Of a stretch of 64,000 nt of DNA, positions 26,020-39,500 are shown one piece after another (the stretch's first letter is position 1; each line of letters begins with the position of its first letter). This stretch comes from Vicugna vicugna (Eukaryota), in the NCBI GenBank assembly GCA_013265495.1, contig MU058844.1, positions 11,864,184 through 11,928,183 on the forward strand, written 5' to 3'. The notes under the pieces were generated by a model that was not told where the DNA came from, did not search any database, and was given only the letters and a program-made list of their open reading frames with translations. Made by a program: the position numbers and the translations under genes.

Positions 26020-26920
26020 ACTTCCTGTATCTTCATTGTCTTCCTTTCCTTCTAGATCTTCTTCCTTGTGCAATAAATGTGATCTAAGTTTTTCTATCTG
26101 GGAGGGAAAAAAATGGCCTGTCTGCATAAGACTTCAGTTGCCATTTCCTTGTACTTTACTCCTTCAAGAAATTTGACCATTCAACATCTCTTCTTTCTCA
26201 CATCCCTTAAATTTCTCAGTCTGTGACAGTTTTTCTTTCCCAACCCATCAGCTGACATAGATCTTGCTCAACATTCAGTAATCATCTCACATTCTCATCT
26301 GGCTTCATGTCCCTCCTTCAAAGTTCACCGCTGATTCTTTCCTCCTTCATTACATTTTTCTCTTCTTATTTCTATTATGATTTGCTCTTGGTTCTTCCCC
26401 TTCTCTCATGCTTCAATCTTGGTATCCTCTCCCTGTCTAGCCAGTTTCCTCAGGTTTCATTGTTGGCCTTTTTTCAACTCTCAGTCTGTATGCCTATCTT
26501 GAATTTCCTTTTCTTCCACTGCACCCTCTCTACCTTTCCAGCCTCAGCTCCTACCATCTCCCATGTGAATGCTAGCCTCCAGCCATACCGTTTTTTCCAA
26601 TATCCTATGTTATTTCAGAACCAAATGCCTTTGTTCATGCTACTTCTTTTATTCTCACGGCCCTTTTCTTCTTTGGCTTACTGGTAACTTAGCTTAAAAA
26701 TCATCTTAACTGAATGCCAAAAACACAGTCAGCTGCTGTTGCTTCTGTATTTTCATATTCCTCTGCAGCATCTATTACCTTCTTCCGTAATTGCACTTCT
26801 ACTCAAGCAGAATGTACTCTTCAAAGGCAGCTCCTTGAAACAGATCATTTATCTTCATAGCCTAAATAACTGGCATGATACCGAGAATTCAGCAGACTTT
26901 TCCACAATTAGTTTTTGATA
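26020..26920 (+). mobile_element. LINE-2 fragment(s)
   Basis: Pyrimidine-rich L2 motifs (gcctttgttcatgctacttc, gaatgtactcttcaaaggcag); ORF 26307-26687 is a by-product. Confidence 0.65.
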
Positions 26921-27585
26921 GTCTGATCAGAGAGCAAATTTGGAGTCATGGGTTCAGCAGGTGACATTGACATTAGAGAGGCACTAGAACCCAGCGAGGA
27001 GGCCAAGGTGGCTGGAAAAGGGATTTGTGGCTGAGGGTCTCAGAAAGGTCAGAGAACCTTGGAGTCTGAGGAATTCAGGTCTGGCAGCAAGACTGTTGTC
27101 AGAAGTCTTCTTTCAGCTCAGGGTATGAAAATGCTGTGCGCTCTTCCAACAAGATGTGCATAAAGAAGCAAGTTTAAAAGATTAGGATTTCTGGGGATTT
27201 CCACTTTCCAAATACCATTTTTTAAAATTTAATAGCCTTCATAATGTTTTATGTTCATGAAAACTTTAAAGCAGTTTTCCTAACCTAGCATAATTGATGA
27301 CACACCATTAAGAGATTTTACAAGAGGGCATGGGGAGGACCGGCTTGCTAATGGGTACACAGATACTTTCTGGATAAGGTATATGTTACATAAACTGGGA
27401 TAGCTTCCAAAACAATGACCCAGTCTTGCTTTCACAAGTGTCACTGATACACTGACATAAATAGGTGGAAAAGTATGTACCTATTCACTCCATTTATAAA
27501 TGAGAAGTCTGTTAGCTAATTCACAGGTAGAGACCTCCTGTAAGAGGGTGAAATAGTTAAAGCAGAATAAAATGCAATACTGCCA

Positions 27586-28149
27586 TGTGGGAAAGCAAGA
27601 TTTACCACCCCAAAATGTGTCCTTTGGCATGTGGATTATTTCCAGCTTTATAACAATCAAGGCACAAAAAAATCAGGAAGAACTTTTGACCTTCCCTCTG
27701 GCTGCCTAAAAGAATGTAGATAGAGGAAGTAGTCCAGGAAAGAAACTGTCACCACAGATAATCATAGCATGAAATAGGTATGGTAGACAGGGAGGAGTCT
27801 AGCAAAGTCTGTTTGTTAAAATTTCTCTGTGTCCCATTATCTCTACATGGACCAGCTAACATTTGTTTACCAAGCGTTTGCTTTTTGGTCTCCATGTGAA
27901 TTGCCTTATTCTCCTTTAAGGTCCCAAACCACAACCTCCAACATTCTCCTTTGGCTTTAGCTGAAGATGCCATTTAAGGTGACAGCTTTGGCTGTTTTGG
28001 CGAGTTAATTTTCCTGAGTCTCTCCGATGTATACAAGTTATTAAACTTTTGTCTGATGTTCTCCTACCCATATGTCTCAGGTCAATTTAATTCTCAGACC
28101 AGCCAGAAAAACCTAGGAAGGGTAGAAGAAAATTTCTTCCTTCTTGACA
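27586..28149 (+). mobile_element. ERV1 solo LTR, MER34 family-like, with intact 4 bp TSD
   Basis: TG...CA termini flanked by GCCA/GCCA; ccaccccaaaatgtgtcctttggcatgtggattattt; gtcaatttaattctcagaccagccagaaaaacctag. Confidence 0.9.
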
Positions 28150-28877
28150 GCCAACAAGAATGAAATATTTGATTGGATTTAAAAACAGCATGAAAAATAA
28201 AATTAAAACAATGTAAAACACCAATTTAATACACGTCTATATTTTTAAAATCCCATGAAGTAATGACGAAAAATGTATTTCAGGTCCAAATCAACAAAAT
28301 ATCAACTTAAATGAGGTTACATTCTATTTTGGAACTCGATTAAAGTGATCTTAAAACACTTCAAGATTAAATTTGTCTTGAAATCCCCAAATATATAAAG
28401 CAGTTCATTTTTATCTTCTTTTCAAAATAACCAATGACTGGTCTCAGTTACAAAATGGCCAGGGTCCTCTGTACCAAAACATGTACCAAAATAACTATGA
28501 TTGCCTATGTGGTAATATTTGCATTTGATGAGTGACAATTGGGCTGATTTTATTGATTTTGAACAGATTCTATTACTTAGTATATAAATGCCAAACAAAC
28601 ATATAAACAATGCAGATGACAGTGTGTACAACTTAATTAGGAAAGACACTGCCCAGCACAGATGGTCCCACTCAGAAAAGAACAGCATATAAAATGTTGT
28701 TATACTTCAGAAAGCATTCATCCACTGTGGGAATAGTTGAAGAAATTGAGAAGGACAAGAAAAGATGACAGAAAGGAGAAGAAAACTTTTTACATAATGA
28801 AACAGCTATTATGGGTAATGCCACCTTTTACAACCAGGCAAGTGAGGCCCCTGTCCTGGGCCCCAGTCCTCAGGGAC

Positions 28878-29127
28878 TCCCACACTTAGGGTGCCTTCCT
28901 TGAATTTTTTTTCTTTTTAAAATAGCTTTATTGAGGTATTACTGGTATACAAGAATCTGCACATACCTAATGTACACAGTTTGATGAGTTTAGACATGTG
29001 CATCCCACACTTAGGGTGCCTTCCTTGAATTTTTTTTTCTTTTTAAAATAGCTTTATTGAGGTATTACTGGTATACAAGAATCTGCACATACCTAATGTA
29101 CACAGTTTGATGAGTTTAGACATGTGC
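28878..29127 (+). repeat. Near-perfect tandem duplication of a ~125 bp unit
   Basis: 28878-29001 repeated at 29003-29127; the only difference seen is T8 versus T9. Confidence 0.97.
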
Positions 29128-29350
29128 TTAAACCCAGGGAACCATTACCACAAGCTAACAGATATATCTTTCACTTCCAAAAGTTTCCTTCCCTTCTCTG
29201 TGTGTATGGATGTGTGTGTATGGTAAGAACATTTAATATAAAATCCATCTTCCTGATCAATTTTTAAGTGTGCAATACAGTATTATCAACTATAGGCGCT
29301 ATGTTACACAGCAGATTTCTAGAACTTACTCCTCTTGCATAACTAAAACT
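28905..29350 (-). mobile_element. LINE-1 3'UTR (L1MB-like), antisense
   Basis: aaaatagctttattgaggta...; aatttttaagtgtgcaatacagtattatcaactatagg...gcagatttctagaacttact. Confidence 0.85.
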
Positions 29351-30494
29351 GGGTCTGGGCCACCAATGGTCTACCACTAGCCTTAGGGCTTGAGCTTCAT
29401 GGGCTCAGGCCCCAGTCTGCCTATGTTCCAACCATGGTGATGCTCCTGGTCTACAGCACTTAGGGGAGCAGGGGGAGCAGCTTTATCCTTTCTTTATCCT
29501 GTGGGCTCACTGCCCACCGCACCCAGGGCTGTCACCTCTCCCCATTTGCAGGTTCCAGGCTAACTGTCAGGGAGTCCTTTGGTAGAGACCATACCTATCT
29601 TTCCAAAGAAAGGCCTTTCAAGATTTTTCCCTAATGCTAACAGGGCCTTCTGATCAATATCCTCTCTTACTTCCTATTGATGTGTCTCCCAGGCCCATCC
29701 TAAGCTGTATTTCCAAGGAACAGATACTTCTTATATGAAGAGGCAACTTTTCTCTGTCTCTCCGAGGGTCCCTCACCCCCTCCTTATGGGGGGCCTTGTG
29801 TAGAAGGCAGGGGCACATTCAAAATGATCACATTCTAGGAATGCAGTGATTTTGGCCTAAGGAGTTCATGAAAAGATACAGTTGGAAGATGGGTGTGTTA
29901 TTCTCTGTTCACATTCTAAATTCTGAATAGTAAATTTAATGTAACCAGAAAACAAATTACAATTCACATTTCCCTCCGTATTCATGGTTATTACTGTGCA
30001 CAACCTCTGAGGGAGCCACCAGAGGCCAGTATTCATGGGAAGAACCATGGGTGATGCAGAGTCACGAATAACCTAACCAATGTGAAATAAGTGGAGTCAT
30101 GGAACTGCAGAGACAGGATGCATATTGTTCCAATACAAACAGGTTCTGAAGATTTGTGGCACCGAAAGTAGTAACAGTTGCGCTCACAGTGGGAAATTAC
30201 CAATTAGCCAAAAATTGTGCATTTAACAATAAAGAATATGAAGAGATGGGTGGAATTTTAAGCAGGGAGAGTTCTGTTGGCCAAAAAGAACTTGGTAGCA
30301 ATTATCCCGGTCATACTGGAGGGGTCACCTTTTCAACATTTTCCATGATGCGAGTTCAAGCAACGCTGATTATATGTCAGGAATGTTGGGAGTTGATAGT
30401 TGCGCCGTGTAGCAGATTGAAACAGATGATTTTAATGTGTTGCTGAATTTTAATGGTCTTAGATCTCTTGTTTGGTGAAAGACAGTGGAATTCC

Positions 30495-30600
30495 CAAAGT
30501 GGTTTCAAAGTAGTTTTCCATGTAACTCCAGGTTTCCACAAGGCATCGCTTAGGGTTTCTCAAAATAAAACTATGAGGCTGATAGAGATTTATGAGTTAA
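30495..30600. mobile_element. hAT-Charlie terminal fragment
   Basis: agtggtttcaaagtagttttccatgtaactccaggtttccacaagg resembles Charlie-group ends. Confidence 0.45.
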
Positions 30601-31159
30601 AAATATTCATATACACATCAGCTGTCAATCTGGAAAAAAATCCCACTGAGACCAAATTTTTAAAACCTAAAATCTTCTATTATTCTGTTAAGCTGACTAA
30701 GCCACGTGGCTTTGTACAATGACTGAGTGCTTCTACTACAGTAACACGGGAAACCATGCAGTGCCATTTCTGTAGTCTATTTTCCTTTACTCTTCTCTCC
30801 TCTGAATCATCCAGTTCCATCCCTACCTTCATATAATTCCACCATTTTGCAGGTGAAAGTGTATGTATTCTGCACAAAACATCATCATCATCATAGGCCT
30901 AAGATATTCTCAAGTACTTCATTTCTTCATTTAAAAAAAATGTATATTTCATTTTGAAGTGAATTTGAATCCAAATGGAATTATTAAGAGTGCCAATATA
31001 TATCATTCCCTTAACATGTAACAATCTAGCAGAGACCAGCATAGTGAAAGAAAGGAAAGTTGAACAAGTGAATTTAGGCACTGTAATGATACACTTTCTG
31101 ATCAGCTTTTTTTGTTAATGGTAAGTTGTTTTTCTTATTTGTATTGTTTTTAGGAGCTA

Positions 31160-31470
31160 CCTTAGGGTGATCTATCGATATGCCAGTTCTCTTCCTACTA
31201 GGTCAGTACAGAGCCAGTGCATTCTCTATGTCCATGGCAACCAAGACATAGGATGTGGGCCTCCTGTGAGTGGAAGCTGTGAGAGCCAGCATGTAATCTC
31301 ACAATCTCTGTTTTCCTCTCTGCCACCACCTTGGTGTGGGATGCTCGTCAGCCTGAGTACCACAGTGACAAGGGCATGAAGGGGATTCTCAGACAGTATT
31401 TAACATGAGCAAAGAACAAAGCTTTAACTTCATGGAGGATTTTGCTAATGCAGTATAAACCAGCAGAGGC
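31160..31470 (+). mobile_element. Old MaLR LTR fragment (MLT1H/I/J-like)
   Basis: gaagctgtgagagccagc...ctcgtcagcctgagt...aacatgagcaaagaacaaagcttt. Confidence 0.65.
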
Positions 31471-34400
31471 CACCTAAAAGATGTAAAGAGTATGTTGAGG
31501 AAGTTGAAAATGAGGAGGTTTTCATCTTACGGAAATAGCAACTAAAATCTTAAGTTAAGAGTGAAGTTAGGGATTTCTAGCAAGTTGAATGAACAAGAAG
31601 AATCTTTTCAGGAATGAGATAAATCTATTAAATATAATTTTTTTCTTAAAAGGCAGGGAACATTTAAATAAAAAGTGTAGCTAACATCTACCCACTAAAT
31701 GTAGATGGGTCAATCTGTGGACACTGTATATCTCAAAGACTTCCAAAGTATACTCTACATTTTGCTTATTAGGACCTTCTTACTTCTAACTAAGAAAGTA
31801 AGAGTAATGCAAAAATAATAGGAAGAAGAATTCAGAATATCAATTTTAAAGCCTTACTGAAATAGTCAGTCTCAAAAGAAACTCAACCAGGAATCTTTAT
31901 ATAATCTCTAGCTATAAAACAGAGAGTTACGGATGTTTCTTTTTTATATGACACTCTAGACATAAACTACACGGCTCCTGAAGGAGCTGGTTTTAATGGT
32001 ATCACGGAATGTAACAAGAGAATGGCCAAGATAATCGAGACATTTCCTAGCACTCCTTTATTCCCATGTCCAGAATAATAAGTAGGACAACACACTGTGT
32101 GGAAAAATAAAAATACATGTTTCCTGGAGATGAGAGAGGGAATTGAAATTTTAAAAATAAAGCTGACAGTTAAATAAGCCTGACATGCATAAACTTCAAA
32201 AGCCATTGGAGCCAACATTCTGAAAGAGTATTCCAGCCTATAATTTTCAAATTTTTATAACGCTATTTAATTTCCGTAAGCTCTTGTTTTTAATAACATT
32301 GGTAATAAAAATAAAAGGCTCAGTGCATTAAGAACCTAGTTGGTGGCAGTCGTTATGCATATTGTATCACACAGTCCTCACACACCTCTGTGCAGATGAT
32401 ACTTCTATTACCTCGGTTTTTTTAGAGAAAACAAAATGAGACTGCAAGAAGGTTAAGTGTAATTTGTGCCTGTTAAGTAACAGTGCTGGTTTTCCAAAGT
32501 TGGTATTTCTCTTTTCAAGCCCATTCTAAGTTACTATTTAAGGCTTTTTCCTGTGCTTTCCTATAGTGTACTAAGCTCTGTAAAGTAATTTTTATCTTTA
32601 AATATTTCTTAAAATGATTTCTAATGTGACATATGATTCTAACCTATTAATGTTATGATCCAATAGTTTCTCAAAAAGGAGAACTGTAACTCCCACCAGG
32701 TATAAGCAGAGGGCTTCGCATCCTCCCATGCCTAGCACATAGTTGGTACCTGGGAGATATGGCTGAGCAAAGAGGTCAAAATATATGTTGCCTCTATTAA
32801 ATTAAAGTCACGTGTTTCTTTTTATCTTAGAAGAACCTTACAGGGAAAACATAAATCGAACATTATTAATTGATAAAAGAGATCAGCAACAATTTCAGAA
32901 ATGGGCTCTTCCGAAAAAAAAAAGACTGTAAGTAAAACAGATTTCAGGGGAAAAACAAAGAGATTTAGAAATACCAAGATGGTAAGGTACACATCTGTAT
33001 GAAGAGGTTTACCTGCAGACTTACTGTCACAGCTAACTGAAAAATGAGAGAAAATTAAACTATTAGGTTTTTGTTTTTTAATTCAGGAAGGAAATTTTCT
33101 TGGCTGTTGGTGAACAACAACAAGAAAAACCCATTTAGGATATCATATTTAAATCTTTTGATAAAATATTCTCTACTCATGCCAACAATTAGAAGTTTGT
33201 TTTCTTGTTTCACCAATCACTACCTGATTATGTCTTGGGGGTCAGTGCAAAATCAGGAGCAAAATAACAGTTATTATAAGAAACGTGATTCTGGCAACAC
33301 TTTTTTCCAAGGCAGAGGGAAAAAAACCTCATAGTATCATTGGTCTCATGAGCAATTCAGGCAAAGTTTCACACAAACAGCTAATTCACTGGAAGCACAG
33401 CCAAAAGGAACATTAAGGTTTTCCTGGGATTTTCACAAAGTCTCACTAATACTAGTTAACAGGCCTGACTTCCTGCCTGTTTTAGGAGCAGGAAGAAACA
33501 CAAAATTATGATTAAGAAGCTTGCTTTCTGCAGCTGTCCAAGTTTTAGTCAGTAAGAATTAGATATTCAATTAAGCTCAAAGTCTTGAGCTGGATAGAAA
33601 CAGTTATATGTGCACGCCATGAATTGAAATCATGGAAGAGAAAGACCAGGCAAAGGAGAAGGTCACCAGGATGATCAAATACAGGGTAATTGTAATAGCC
33701 ATAGCTTACCCTGAAGCATAGCTGTTAAAGAACTCCCACATATATTGTTACCCCTTCTGCCCTTTCCCATGTGAGCATAAATGGGGAATTAAGCCAACAG
33801 ATAATTCACTTAATCTCTCTGACACTGGTTCTATGTGACTGGAAGCTTTGGTATCCCCAATCCTATGTCAAGATCAGCTTGAGGGGAGTGAAGGACCTGA
33901 GAGCAAATGGTCAGAATAGGAGCTCTGAATGGATAAAATGGACAGAAAGGGAGGGTGACAGCAAATGATGAGATGCCTTTGGAGATGCTCATTCAGAAAT
34001 ATGTGTAATTTCAGAGATAAACCTAAAATGACTGTTCCTGAAGCAAACTCAAGTGGAGTAGCCTAATTTTTCCCCATGTGTCAGGACTCAAAATCACAAT
34101 TCATTGTGTGAAATTCAGTAGCACGAAAAGTGGCAGTCCGACTAACGCAAAAAAAAACTTGGATCTCTTAGTGAACCACGCACAGAATGACAAAATATCT
34201 GTCATTCAATTCTTCTTTGAATATAGTTGGAGACATTATTACCTCAATAAGCACTAATTATCTTCATCTGTAAAATAATCTCCCTTTAGACAAGAATTTA
34301 TTATATAATGTACATGCCATTTCTTAAAAAGCAACGAGCTTGGTGTTGTAGGACAATAGTAATGGATACCCGCCCCCCACTTTCCTATTAATCTGTGGCA

Positions 34401-35229
34401 AAGGATAAAAGAGTACAACACTTCATTTTTAATGCTAGCATCATTCTCAATATGACCTAATCAGTAAAAACTGCAAACTCAGCAGTGGATCCAAACCTAG
34501 AGATTGTTTTTAAAAAGAGAGAGAAGAGAAACATACATGAGCAGCATCCAAGAAGCTGTCATTAGACTCAGGATGAAGTTGGCTTTTGGCTACTGCGAAG
34601 CTCAGCTCTTGCTACTTCTCTACTTCTGACTGGGTATCTACTTTGAAAAGAAGAGATTTAGAGACTATTTGAAAAGAAATCTTGACTGTGAAAAGCTTGG
34701 TTATAAACTTCAACTGAAAAAAATTTTATGAGGTGCCTACAATGTACAAGGCAGGGAGTTCATGAGAAATGATGGTTTTCTCCACCGGGTAGGTTCTAGA
34801 CACTCAATAAATATGAATAAATGGGTTGATCTGACAGGTAAAGGTTGGTCGAAATTCTTTTTTTTTTTTTAAACTATTTCTATGTAGTTTCCATTTCTAG
34901 CCTCAGATAGCTCTTACAGAGATAGTTTGAAAAAAATTTCAAAATTTGGATGAACTGAGCTGACAAGACCTAAATTATTCATGAAGTATGATTGAATGGT
35001 GCACATTTTAGAGGGGTATTAGCACCTTCAGGTGACGGGGTTACCACTCGGTTTGCTATGTAAGATGTGTAAGACTCCGTCACTGACTCGGTGAGTGACA
35101 GCCGGGTGATAATGAGGCCAGAAAGCCCAACATTAACTCTTTAAAAACCCTAAATTCCACAGTCTTGCTAAGAAGGAATGTAACTTGCGTATTCAGTTTT
35201 CAGAGATGAGGAGAAGGAGGAGGATTTTC

Positions 35230-35405
35230 TGTGTCAGTCACTGTTCAAAGTCACTTTCCATAATCTTTCTAAGAGCTCTATGAGGTTGAAACTTTTGATA
35301 TCTCATTTTACAGTTGAGAGAAACAAAGACGCAGGGAGGTTAAATAACTTGCCTGGGCATATAAGTGGTAGAGTCAGGATTCAAACTCAGACAGTCTGGG
35401 TCCAA
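35230..35405 (-). mobile_element. MIR SINE
   Basis: cattttacagttgagagaaacaaagacgcagggaggttaaataacttgcc...gtcaggattcaaactcag. Confidence 0.85.
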
Positions 35406-37129
35406 ATCCTATACAATACTGAGTCTGTCCTGGAGGACTGCAGCAGTGAAAGCCATTGGGCTTTTTTAATAGATTGCTTTGCATTCCATGAAACTGAGGC
35501 ATTTTGATGGGTCTCTATCTGCTTCTACCTATAAATTGAGAAAAATGGACTTGGCTGGATTTTTTCCTTAATAGCAGGGCCAACCCTGAACTTGTGGGTA
35601 CTGGCACATTCAGGTAGCAGTTCTGTCCCCTTAAGAGCAACACAAACATCCTGTCTATATTTCCCTTTAGAGAATGTCAAGCAAATAGCTTCCTCCCCAG
35701 ATTCCAGGTCAAAATGGAGTTTGTTTCATGTTTTACACCAAAGACAGGATTTGTGCCAAGTTTAAATTAAGAACAAAAGTCGAAGTAATGGTGCATCAGT
35801 TGTGGGTTTGGCACTGGCAAGAAAGATAGCCTCAAAGAAAACTCATACCTTTTATGGAAACCAAAAATTGACCACAATTGGCACACAGAAAACTGCATGG
35901 ACAAACAAAACTGCTGGATAAACAAATCAAAATTACATAGGAAGCTGACACCCATTCTTTACAGTGGAAAATCAAAGATAAAAATGAGTCACCAATTTTA
36001 TATTCTTGGAAAGGATAAATGTTCAACCCATCTGGTAATATGTTTTTTTTTTAAATTTCCTGAAGATGTCTAATATCCCAATATTTTCTTTAATAACAAA
36101 CTAAGAATAACTGCAATGTGTTAATGTCATAGAACAACTGACTATAAACTCGGTTGTGAAAGGAAAAACCTTGAATTGAACAATGTGTCATTTAATAATA
36201 CAAAATTTATTCTCAGATTCCTATAACACTTCTAGATTATAAGAGTATGTATATATTTGTGTGTGTCTGGGTAGGGGTAGATACTGAATTTGAGGGAGAA
36301 AAAAAAGTTATTTCAATGACAGCTCTATACAAGCCTAGTAGTTTTGAAGCAGAGAGGCTTTTAAGGGTCTAACACATTAGCCATCCTTTTTCGTCTCTTT
36401 TGTTATCCGAAATCCTTATATTTCCTTTGCCCTGACCCACACCAAACTAAACTCATATGCTTAACAGATGCTGAAGAAATAAGATCAATTTGTTCAAACT
36501 ACGATCTACCACATCTTTATGAAACTTGAAGAACAGAACTCCCCTAAAATAAAGGAAAAGGAGAAAAAGAAAATTCTTACTATTAGTCATGAGAGTGTAG
36601 GAATCACTAAGCCAATTATAAGGGCAGTCATGTAGCCAAAGGCAATTTTATTTTCAGTTCTGAGTGAACTATAGTGTAAAAAACTGTAATCCTGTTAGTT
36701 CATGAAAACCTTCAAAGGGGAGAGACTATCCTTTCTTGTGAGTTTTATGTTCTGCCTTTTTATTGTACTTTATTGCATTGCCTGATTCGGGATAAAATCC
36801 ACATGAAACTATTTCTGACCTTCCCTTTCTAATACTAACAGTACACCTTGTGATATGCTTTTCTATCCCGAGTCACTGTAACACAATCATTTAAGTCCAC
36901 TTCAGTCTTACATGGAGACCCGAGGTCCAAACAACATGCTTTAATAGGTCCGGAAGCTAATCAGGAGTGAGAGCCCAGTTACGTCCCATCTCGGTTCTTA
37001 CCCAAGGCTGTCTTTCTTTTCGCTTTCCCAAATTTATCATTTATATTAAAATAATCATGGCATCTTTGACTTTTAAAAGGAAAACAGAAGTTATTCCACT
37101 TAATCTCTACCAAGCCAAAGAATCCCCTT

Positions 37130-37800
37130 TATTATATCTTTCTGGCAGCAGCTGCCCACAACTTCCCAGGAGAATCAAGTCCGCTTCTTGAAGCTGTTAC
37201 TTGAAAGAAAATAATTCTAGCATCTGTTGCACTGGCAATTCTAACATGTGAAGAAAACTGGTCAACCTCCAGCCTCATTTGGACCCACTGATGTACTCTC
37301 TTAAAACATGGCTCAGAGAGCTCAGCACAGTGCTCTGGATGCAGGATACAGCCTACACATCGCAGTGTGCAATGTATCTAGGACTTCTTTTGATCTTTAC
37401 TACATTTCTGTCATGCCTAAGGTCTTTATTTTTAGCAGCTGCCTCATATTCCTGGCTCATATTAACCTTTGAGTCATATAAAAATACCCAGCTTAACCTT
37501 TTTAAAAAGCATTATTTGCTCTCAAGCTGTGTATCCACTATCTTAAAACTGTTCAAATTGATTCTTAAAATAAATATTTATATTCAAATTTAATGCTATA
37601 ATTTGATGCAGTCCATCAACTGAAGCTATTAACTTTGTATGCTGTTCTCATCTACCATATTATATTAATGTTCCCTCCCATATTTCTATCATCTGCAAAG
37701 GTTGATTACATATCTTTTATGACTTCATCTCAGTTTTAATATTTAAAAATGGTTTTAAATGTTAAAACCAGTCTCAGGGATGAACCCTTCAGAGTCAGAT
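37130..37800 (-). mobile_element. Ancient CR1/L3 LINE fragment (RT region), highly degenerate
   Basis: tcatctgcaaaggttgat (antisense FADD-like codons) followed by the GSVLGPxLFNIFINDL-equivalent region; other CR1-like motifs upstream. Confidence 0.55.
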
Positions 37801-39429
37801 CCTCAGGTATCCCTCAACGTAACAGAATTGTTAGAAATGAAAAATCCCTTTCCTGTTTACAATTATATTTCCTTCTCTGTTCATCTGATGCCCATCAGCA
37901 CAGTCTGGTTAGTATAGCTCTCTTCAGAATTGTAGTTCGTACCAAGCTTTCCTTCATCCATCATCATTAAATGAAAGCATCTCTTTTTCAGAAGTTCTGG
38001 GTAAGATTATGCTGGGAGAATCCCACTTTACTTTGTGTTATCAAGAGTTTATTGTCAACAGTGTGTGAAGATTTCTAGCACAGGTTTAATATCACATTCA
38101 TCTCAACTTTAAAGGCCAACTTGAATCTTACCCACCATCTTGAAAGTGTGATATATGAAATGTGGGGGTCAACCAGTACAACAAAAATCTTGAATCTGAC
38201 AATGAGCAAAGCCAATCACAAATAGAAGGAGCGCAGGGACTGTGGCAACCAAACTGCTCAGGCCACCATGATAATGAACACCTCATGCTGTCATTTTCCA
38301 TCTAGAATCACCGACTGTGTTTTATTGTAAAATCACCACTAGGAAGTAATAGCGCTGGGGCCTTTCAACATACTGTTCTATGATATCAAAATGGAAAAAA
38401 ATTTATAATACTGTCTCTTTTTTTTATATGCCACTTTTTAATTACTTTGAAAATACGATTTAAAAATTTAAAGAGATCATTTTAATCTGGCAAACACTAC
38501 ATAGAATTTATCCTCTGGTCTTTCTTTTTCTTAGGTACAACTTCCCAAAATAGAATCAAAAGACTTAAGGATCTATCACCACATAAATTTATTTTATAAT
38601 TCAAAAAATATTTTAAAAGAAGATAAAGGAGTCTATATCATATACAGCAAATCATTAAGGTATCAAATATTTTGGGGACCATCATCGTACCAGTCAAAAT
38701 ATGATCAAGTCTGGAGTGTCCATTTAATTTTTATATTCTTCCGACTTCTAATAACTATTCAGACGATACGACATTTAGCAGAACTAAGCAGCAGAAATAA
38801 CAATCCTGGAAAAATGAGTCATTATTTCATCTTTCCAAAGCACTAGAGTAGCCGAAATGCTATATGTGAGAGAAGAGTTCCCAGCTGGCTACTGTTTTGA
38901 ATCTCAAGTCCAAAGGCAGAGAAATCTTTCTGCTTGGTGTACAGGCATTCTGCACTCAAAGCCATTCAGTCACCTTTTTGCAGTAATTTATGGTCCAACT
39001 AAAGGGCATTTTATAATTATTCCCGTTCCCCCAGTTCCCTTTCCCCATTCTCTCCTCCAAGTAGACTGGCATTTTTTAGAAAATAGATTATTTAATTTCT
39101 ATATATTTCCCACAGGGACCAAAACAGTATTAGGCATATAACTTACAGACATACACACATATATGTATGTATAATACACACACATGCACACACGCAGACA
39201 CAAATAGATGTAGGCAGACTGAAAAAAGCTCTTTGACATACAGTAGGTGAGGAAGTTTATTTCTACAAGAAATGCAGCATTATTTTTACTGATTCTTCTG
39301 TATGTTAACTTTCAAGGGGAATTTCACACTAGTGTTTCTGGACAACCACTCGTAGTTTTCACGTAAGTGCATTTTCAGATGGTCTGAGACTGTTTTCTTG
39401 CTATTATGGTAGACTTGAGGAGTTGTGAT

Positions 39430-39500
39430 AGAGAATATGGTCCTCAAAGCCAAAATATATACTATCCAGCCCTGTAAGGAAACGTTTTCAAGCCCCTATT
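39430..39500. mobile_element. MER58-like hAT-Charlie end
   Basis: tatggtcctcaaagccaaaatatatactatccagccctgtaaggaaacgttttcaagcccct. Confidence 0.7.

Noticed and set aside
28878..29127. CRISPR-like or satellite array
   Set aside because: Only two contiguous units with no spacers, in mammalian L1-derived sequence
37980..38006. Plus-strand 9 nt microexon (tttttcag AAGTTCTGG gtaaga)
   Set aside because: Short pyrimidine tract, opposite to the strand favoured by other hints, and no independent support
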